A DNA stretch of 14,130 nt from Planctomycetota bacterium (lineage in GTDB: Bacteria; Planctomycetota; UBA11346): NCBI GenBank assembly GCA_038213805.1, contig JBBQSO010000115.1:1-14130 (forward strand). Reading direction: 5' to 3'. The translations under genes and the position numbers were made by a program. The notes under the pieces are model-generated. The model was given only the letters and a program-made list of their open reading frames with translations, ran no database searches and was not told the DNA's origin. Shown piece after piece: positions 9,160-14,130 of this stretch (positions are counted from its first letter, which is position 1; each line of letters begins with the position of its first letter).

Positions 9160-10494
9160 TCAGGCCCTGACCTGCCCCTCACCACGGCACACCCACTTGT
9201 AGGTGCACAGCTCGCGGATGCCCATCGGGCCGCGCGCGTGCACGCGGTTGGTGCTGATGCCGACCTCGGCGCCGAAGCCGAACTGGCCGCCATCGGTGAA
9301 GCGTGTCGAGGCGTTGTGGTAGACGCAGGCGCTGTCGACCTCGCGCAGGTAGGTCTCGGCCGCGGCGACGTCTGCGGTGACGATGCCGTCGCTGTGGTGG
9401 CTGCCGTGCCGCTCGGTGAAGCGGATCGCCTCGTCCAGGTCGTCGACCACCTTCACCGCCAGGATCAGCGCCAAGTACTCGGTCTCCCAGTCGGCGTCGC
9501 CCGCCGCCACGGCCCCGGGCAGCAGCGGCAGCGCGCGCGCGTCGGCGCGCAGCTCGACCCCGCGCGGCGCGAGCTCGGCCTGGAGCATCGGCAGGAAGCG
9601 CTGACTGACCGCCGCGTCGACCAGCAGGTTCTCGATGGCGTTGCACACCCCGGGGCGCTGGCACTTGGCGTTGACCACCAGGCGCAGGGCCATGGCGAGA
9701 TCGGCCGCGGCGTGCACGTAGAGGCTGCACACGCCCTTGTCGTGCTTGATCACCGGGACCTTGCTGCACGCCACCACCGCCTGGATGAGCGCCTCGCCGC
9801 CGCGCGGCACGACGATGTCGATGGCGTCGTCGCGGGCCAGCAGCACCGGGATCAGGGCGCGGTCTTGCTCCTGCACCAGCTGCACGGCGTCGGCGGGCAC
9901 GCCGGCAGCCGCCAGGCCGCGGCGGAAGGCCGTGGCGAGCGCGCGGTTGCTGTGCACCGCCTCCTTGCCGCCGCGCAGGATGCAGGCGTTGCCCGAGCGC
10001 AGGCACAGGCTGGCCGCGTCGACGGTGACGTTGGGCCGGCTCTCGAAGATGATCGCGACCACGCCGATTGGCACGGCCAGCTTCTGCGCGCGCACGCCCT
10101 GGGCGATGACGCGCTCCTCCAGCACCTGGCCGACCGGGTCGGGCAGGGTGGCGACCTGACGCAGGTCGGCGACCAGCGCGGCGAGGCGCGGGCCGTCGAG
10201 GCGCAAGCGGTCGACCATGGCCGCCGCCAGCCCATCGACGCGCGCCTGCTCAAGGTCCTTGGCGTTGGCCGCGAGCAGCGCCGCGCCGTCAGCCGCGAGC
10301 GCGTCCGCCGCCGCCAGGATGGCCGCGCGCCGCGAGGCGTCGCCCAGCAGCGCCAGGGCGCGCGCCGCCGGCCGGGCGCGCGCGCACAGCTCGGCGACGT
10401 GCGCGGCGATACGCGCCGTGGCTTCCGCCTGCGGACCCGCGGTGGCACGCTGGGCGGAGGCGGACGCGGGCGGGGTGGGCAGGGACTGGCTCAT
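9160..10494 (-). CDS. proA: Gamma-glutamyl phosphate reductase (glutamate-5-semialdehyde dehydrogenase)
   Basis: LPDPVG, VPIGVVAIIFESRPNVT, SGNACILRGGKEA, IVVPRGGEALI, NAKCQRPGVCNAIENLLV, HGSHHSDGIVT, VDSACVYHNASTRFTDGGQFGFGAEVGIST..HARGPMG..ELCTYK. ATG 10494 chosen. Confidence 0.96.
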   Translation of the reverse strand: MSQSLPTPPASASAQRATAGPQAEATARIAAHVAELCARARPAARALALLGDASRRAAILAAADALAADGAALLAANAKDLEQARVDGLAAAMVDRLRLDGPRLAALVADLRQVATLPDPVGQVLEERVIAQGVRAQKLAVPIGVVAIIFESRPNVTVDAASLCLRSGNACILRGGKEAVHSNRALATAFRRGLAAAGVPADAVQLVQEQDRALIPVLLARDDAIDIVVPRGGEALIQAVVACSKVPVIKHDKGVCSLYVHAAADLAMALRLVVNAKCQRPGVCNAIENLLVDAAVSQRFLPMLQAELAPRGVELRADARALPLLPGAVAAGDADWETEYLALILAVKVVDDLDEAIRFTERHGSHHSDGIVTADVAAAETYLREVDSACVYHNASTRFTDGGQFGFGAEVGISTNRVHARGPMGIRELCTYKWVCRGEGQVRA

Positions 10495-10600
10495 GGTAGG
10501 CGCAGCTTCGCGTTCGCCCCGCCCGCGCAAGCCGCGCGCCGCCAACGATGGCACCGGGAACCGCCATTGCCGACCCGCACCCGCGCGCTCTCATGCCATC

Positions 10601-11533
10601 ATGCTGCTGCTCATCATGCGACGGCTCGGCGCCGGGCTGGCGGTGGTGTGGCTGGTGCACCTGCTGACCTTCGCCGCCCTGCGCCTGATGCCCGGCGACC
10701 CCTGGGCCGACCTCGCCGGCGACCGCGCCGTACCGGCCGCGACGGTTGCGCGCATGCAGGCGCTCTACGGGCAGGACCGCCCGATGGTCGTCCAGTACGC
10801 CGACGACCTGTGGGCCAAGCTGCACGGCGACCTCGGCGCCAGCCTCAAGCTCGCCGCCGGCCACGACGTCGGCGACCTGCTGCTGCGCGCCGCGCCAGTG
10901 TCGCTCAGCCTCGGGTGCGGCGCGCTGCTGCTGGCCCTGGGCTTCGGTCTGCCCGCCGGGATCCTCGCTGCTCGCCGCGCGCGCGCCGGCGCCGCCGCTG
11001 CCGACCACGTGGTGCGCGCCCTCGCCACGCTCGGCAGCAGCACGCCCGCCTTCGTCGTCGGCCCGCTGCTGCTGATCGTCTTCAGCCTGACCCTGGGTTG
11101 GCTGCCCGCCGGCGGCATCGACCGCCCCGGCGCGCTGCTGCTGCCGATCGCCACCCTCGCCCTGCCGCTCGCCGCCGAATTCGCCCGCCTGGTGCGCGCC
11201 AGCCTACTCGGCGAACTCGGCGCCGACTTCGTGCGCACCGCGCGCGCCAAAGGCGCGGACGAAACGACCATCGTCCTCGATCACGCTTTACGCCCGGCCT
11301 TCGCTCCCGTGCTCGCCTACCTCGGCACCGCTGCCGCCAGCGTGCTGACTGGGGCGATGGTGGTGGAGTCGCTGTTCGCCATTCCGGGGCTGGGCTACTA
11401 CTTCGTCACCGGTGCGCTGCAGCAGGACTGGACGGTGGTCAGCGGCGCGGCGCTGCTCTACGCCGTTGCGATAGTGATCTGCAATCTGGCGGCGGATCTG
11501 GGGATGATGTGGTTGGATCCGCGGACGCGGTGA
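10601..11533 (+). CDS. Peptide/nickel ABC transporter permease, OppB/DppB type
   Basis: N-terminal RRL...LTFAALRLMPGDP, YGQDRP..VQY, GDLGAS; hydrophobic segments; EAA loop ELGADFVRTARAKGADETTIVLDHALRP; VESLFAIPGLG; C-terminal NLAADL...LDPR. Confidence 0.92.
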   Translation: MLLLIMRRLGAGLAVVWLVHLLTFAALRLMPGDPWADLAGDRAVPAATVARMQALYGQDRPMVVQYADDLWAKLHGDLGASLKLAAGHDVGDLLLRAAPVSLSLGCGALLLALGFGLPAGILAARRARAGAAAADHVVRALATLGSSTPAFVVGPLLLIVFSLTLGWLPAGGIDRPGALLLPIATLALPLAAEFARLVRASLLGELGADFVRTARAKGADETTIVLDHALRPAFAPVLAYLGTAAASVLTGAMVVESLFAIPGLGYYFVTGALQQDWTVVSGAALLYAVAIVICNLAADLGMMWLDPRTR

Positions 11534-11540
11534 AGAGGGC

Positions 11541-11610
11541 TTCTCGCTTCTCGCTTCTCGCTTCTCGCTTCTCGCTTCTCGCTTCTCGCTTCTCGCTTCT
11601 CGCTTCTCGC
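11541..11610. repeat. Perfect heptamer microsatellite D, (TTCTCGC)x10
   Basis: Ten exact copies starting 8 nt after the permease stop. In the TCG-NNN-C phase the unit is TCGCTTC, reverse complement GAAGCGA. Confidence 0.97.
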
Positions 11611-11670
11611 TTGGGAGACGGAAACTGCAGCGATGGCGCGGGCATGTCGGGAATTCTTTGCGGTTGCGGG

Positions 11671-11821
11671 GTGTGCTCTCCTTCAGGAACCCCGATTGTC
11701 CCGAGCGTGCTCGCCGTCAAGGAGCTGCGGCTGCGCCTTCGCCCGCGGGGCGCGGCGGCCGGGGCGGCCGTCCTTGACCGCTGCGCGCGCTCTGGGGTGG
11801 GGTGAGGAAAGGAGAGCAGAC
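11671..11821 (+). promoter_or_regulatory. Predicted long hairpin leader sequestering the RBS of the four-helix-bundle gene
   Basis: Nested complementary pairs: TGCTCTCCTT 11674-11683 / AAGGAGAGCA 11809-11818; ACCCC 11689-11693 / GGGGT 11799-11803; GAGCGTGC 11703-11710 / GCGCGCTC 11785-11792; GTCAAGGA 11716-11723 / TCCTTGAC 11771-11778; GCTGCGCC 11730-11737 / GGCGCGGC 11749-11756 (some with G-U pairs). Confidence 0.65.
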
Positions 11822-12175
11822 ATGCCTCGATACGAGCGATTCAGGGTTTGGCATACGGCGCGGGAGGTGGTGAAGGAGGTACAGCTGGCTGCGGCGGAAT
11901 TCGGCGACTGCGGCGGAGGACTGACCAACCAGCTCCGGCGCGCGGCGATCTCCATCGCGTCCAATATCGCGGAGGGATCCGAGAAGACCTCCGACGCGGA
12001 ACTGCGGCGGTACTTCGCCATCGCGCGGGGATCCTGCGCGGAAGCGACCGCGCAGGTGACCATCGCGTACGATATGGGACTCGTGAACGAGGAGCGCTTC
12101 GTGACGCTCACGGACCGGCTGGACCACGTCGGTCGGATGCTCTCCGCCTTCATCACCCGCCTGGAAAGCGGGTGA
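11822..12175 (+). CDS. Four-helix-bundle protein (23S rRNA intervening-sequence protein family, structurally Avd-like), 117 aa
   Basis: Strong RBS AGGAAAGGAG before ATG 11822; hallmark motifs VW..A, GLTNQLRRAAISIASNIAEG and F.IARGS..E...Q..IA.D.G. Confidence 0.92.
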   Translation: MPRYERFRVWHTAREVVKEVQLAAAEFGDCGGGLTNQLRRAAISIASNIAEGSEKTSDAELRRYFAIARGSCAEATAQVTIAYDMGLVNEERFVTLTDRLDHVGRMLSAFITRLESG

Positions 12176-12199
12176 TTGGGGTGATCACCTACGACCTGA

Positions 12200-12487
12200 G
12201 TCACGAGTGGCGAGAAGCGAGAAGCGAGTGGCGAGTGGCGAGTCGCGAGGAAGACCGGCTGTCCTCGCGACTCGCGGCTCGAAACTCGCAGCTCATCGCA
12301 ACGTTGCGCGGAGTTAGCCACGAGTCGCGAGTCACGAGGAGGACCGGCTGTCCTCGCGACTCGCGACTCGAAGCTCGAAGCTCAACCCCTTCCGTTGCGC
12401 GAAACCAGCCACGAGCTGCGAGTCACGAGTTGCGAGCGCAGGCAGGCCGTCTTCGCGACTCGCGACTCGCAGCTCGAAACTGGTCAC
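12200..12487. repeat. Cluster E: three tandem heptamer inverted-repeat modules
   Basis: E1 12200-12292 (7 left units, core GGAAGACCGGCTGTCC, 4 right units); E2 12317-12381 (3 left, core GGAGGACCGGCTGTCC, 4 right); E3 12408-12480 (4 left, core GCGCAGGCAGGCCGTCT, 4 right). Both linkers contain CGTTGCGCG. Confidence 0.95.
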
Positions 12488-12539
12488 TCCATTGCACGTA
12501 AACACCTCGCGCCACGAACGACGTCAAGCGGCGAAGACG

Positions 12540-13655
12540 CTACCGCACCCCGATCTTGCTATCCGTCACCCGCCGCCGGTACGCCCGGCTCCCCTCGTTC
12601 TTCGCCCCCGCGCTCTGCGCCGTGCAGATCGCGGCATGGTACAGCTCGACCGCGGCCGGGCCGACCACGGCGATGTCGAAGCGTGCGGCGGCCAGGCGCG
12701 CGGCGGCGCTGCGGCTCGCGCGCAGATCGCCGCTGCGCGCAAGTGCGACGATGGCGCCGGCGAGCGCGCTGGGGTCGCCGGCGGCGACCAGGGTGCCGCT
12801 CTCGCCGTCGGTGATCAGTTCGGCCATGCCGCCGACGGCGCTGGCGATCACCGCGCGGCCGCAGGCCAGGGCCTCGATCACCAGCGCGGCGGAGCGGTCG
12901 GTGCGCGGCGCGTGCACCAGCACGTCGCTGGCGGCGAGCAGCGCGGCGGCGGGGACCTCGCCAAGATCGCGGATCCAGTCCGGATCCTCCAGGCCAATCG
13001 CGCTCAGGGCTTCGGCCAGGTCGGGGCCGCCGCCGGCCACCACCAGGCGCACGTCAAGGTCGCGGCGCAGGGCCACCATGGCGGCGAGCAGGTCACCGGC
13101 GCCGGCGGCCTCGTCGTAAGGTCCGGCCATGCCCACGACCAGCGGTCCGCCGACCGGGCGCGGCGCGCGCGCGGCGCAGGCAGCGACATCGACGGCATAG
13201 GGCAGGATGCTGACGCGGTCGCGGCCCAGGCCGAAGGCGGCGATGGCGGAGGCGCGGTGGTTCTCGGTGGGGACCAGCACCCAGGACACGCGGCGGTCCT
13301 GCAGTCCATGCACCCGCGCCGCGTCGGCGAGGTGGGCGACGCTCGCCACCACCGGCAGGTGCAGGCGGCGGGCCAGGGTGCGCGCGGCCGGCAGCGAGCC
13401 CAGGCCGTGGAGATGGATCAGGTCGGGGTTCCAGGCGCCCACGCGGGCGATCAACTCGTGCCGGCCGCCCAGCCACCAGCGCGGCCGCGACGCGTGGATG
13501 GGGATGCAGGTAGTGCCGTCGAGGCTGCCCTCGCCTGGGGCGGCGAGCGCCACCTGGTGGTCGTTGGCGCGCAACCAGCTCATCATTGGCAGGACATCGC
13601 CGGCCTGGGCAGCAGCCAGGGAGTCGGCGATGTGGAGGACGCGGAGGCCGATCAC
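12540..13655 (-). CDS. Glycosyltransferase family 4 (GT-B)-like protein with degenerate donor-binding motifs
   Basis: LRVLHI N-terminus, HQVALAAP, PDLIHLHG, ILPYAVD, LVVAGGGP, ASDVLV...VIEALACGRAVIASAVGGMAELITDGESGTLV..GDPSALAGAI. GTG 13655 chosen; the longer ORF extension overlaps yacG. Confidence 0.85.
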   Translation of the reverse strand: MIGLRVLHIADSLAAAQAGDVLPMMSWLRANDHQVALAAPGEGSLDGTTCIPIHASRPRWWLGGRHELIARVGAWNPDLIHLHGLGSLPAARTLARRLHLPVVASVAHLADAARVHGLQDRRVSWVLVPTENHRASAIAAFGLGRDRVSILPYAVDVAACAARAPRPVGGPLVVGMAGPYDEAAGAGDLLAAMVALRRDLDVRLVVAGGGPDLAEALSAIGLEDPDWIRDLGEVPAAALLAASDVLVHAPRTDRSAALVIEALACGRAVIASAVGGMAELITDGESGTLVAAGDPSALAGAIVALARSGDLRASRSAAARLAAARFDIAVVGPAAVELYHAAICTAQSAGAKNEGSRAYRRRVTDSKIGVR

Positions 13656-13665
13656 GACAGAGCCT

Positions 13666-13713
13666 GAAAATGAATCATAAACTCTTTTATAACATTTGTT
13701 TGCGCTGAAAATT
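13666..13713 (-). promoter_or_regulatory. AT-rich putative promoter of the GT4-like gene
   Basis: Short AT-rich island in a very GC-rich window. Minus strand has extended -10 TGTTATAAA (13686-13694) and a second TATGAT (13674-13679); no clear -35. Confidence 0.5.
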
Positions 13714-13722
13714 CTGCGCCGA

Positions 13723-13947
13723 TCACGGGCGATCCCGATCACGACTGCGGGGCAGCTGCTCAAGCCCGGGATCCTGCTCGGCGAGGGCGGCGAGATCGGT
13801 TCCCGCGATGGTGTACTTCCCATCGAACCAGGCCCCCAGGTCGCGGTTGCGGCAGCGCGGCGAGCAGAAGGGGAAGCCCGCCGGGCGCTCGGCGCTGGCC
13901 ACCAGCACGGGTCGGCCGCAGGTCGGGCAGGGAAGGGTCTCTGACAT
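13723..13947 (-). CDS. yacG: DNA gyrase inhibitor YacG (zinc-binding)
   Basis: CPTCGRP...FPFCSPRCRNRDLGAWFDGKYTIAG matches the YacG C-x2-C...PFCSxRC..xDLxxW signature; ATG 13947, 74 aa. Confidence 0.92.
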   Translation of the reverse strand: MSETLPCPTCGRPVLVASAERPAGFPFCSPRCRNRDLGAWFDGKYTIAGTDLAALAEQDPGLEQLPRSRDRDRP

Positions 13948-14074
13948 CGTGGGGCATTCTCGCGCGGCGCGGGCGCAGTCCAGCCGCGCCGCGCACCCGC
14001 TGCGACCGCCACTTGCATCCGGTCCGGGACGCATCTGTGTCTTGGCACCCGGCGCGGCGGTCGGACACTGCGAC

Positions 14075-14130
14075 ATGCCCCGACCCTCCCCCCCGCTCCT
14101 GCCCCTGCTGATCGCGGCCGGCCTGCTGCT
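14075..14130 (+). CDS. Probable 5' end of an exported protein (truncated by window edge)
   Basis: ATG 14075 gives MPRPSPPLLPLLIAAGLL..., signal-peptide-like, divergent from yacG. Confidence 0.45.
   Translation, partial: MPRPSPPLLPLLIAAGLL

Noticed and set aside
9130..11805. 891-aa plus-strand ORF
   Set aside because: Shadow ORF antisense to proA and out of frame with the permease; Arg/Ala/Gly-rich artefact of high GC.
11822..12175. 23S rRNA intervening sequence or complete diversity-generating retroelement
   Set aside because: No rRNA sequence flanks the gene, and I saw no reverse transcriptase or TR/VR pair differing at adenines in the window.
12200..12487. CRISPR array interpretation of the three tandem modules
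   Set aside because: No identical 23-47 nt repeats with unique spacers, the units are degenerate heptamers, and no cas genes are in the window.
11439..12814. ORFs with periodic peptides (REARSEK, SRFSLLA, SRLAARNS, LATRHSP), and similar ones at 2454-2678, 5413-5658 and 8506-9135
   Set aside because: These are translations of the heptamer arrays (7-aa periodicity), not plausible proteins.
14042..14058. TTGGCAC as a sigma-54 promoter for the right-edge gene
   Set aside because: No GC at the required GG-N10-GC position.

Overview
High-GC bacterial window with ten complete CDSs: a carbohydrate cluster (GH140/DUF4038 apiosidase-like, AraC regulator, large secreted NPCBM + putative GH-D-like glycosidase), an orphan PAS histidine kinase, a GH15 hydrolase, proA, an orphan OppB/DppB-type permease, a four-helix-bundle (23S rRNA IVP / Avd-like) protein, a divergent GT4-like protein and yacG, plus possible partial CDSs at both edges. 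The most striking signal is non-coding. Five intergenic loci carry tandem heptamers (G-NNN-CGA or its reverse complement TCG-NNN-C), mostly as inverted-arm hairpin modules placed just after stop codons. Four modules share a 16-17 nt core (GGCYGTCY) and two others have 53-nt spacers. The densest cluster brackets the four-helix-bundle gene, whose ~150-nt leader can fold into a long hairpin covering its own ribosome-binding site. I infer a candidate REP/RAYT-like system of a small Avd-like protein plus dispersed structured heptamer elements. All family assignments come from motif recognition by eye; no searches or folding programs were run.
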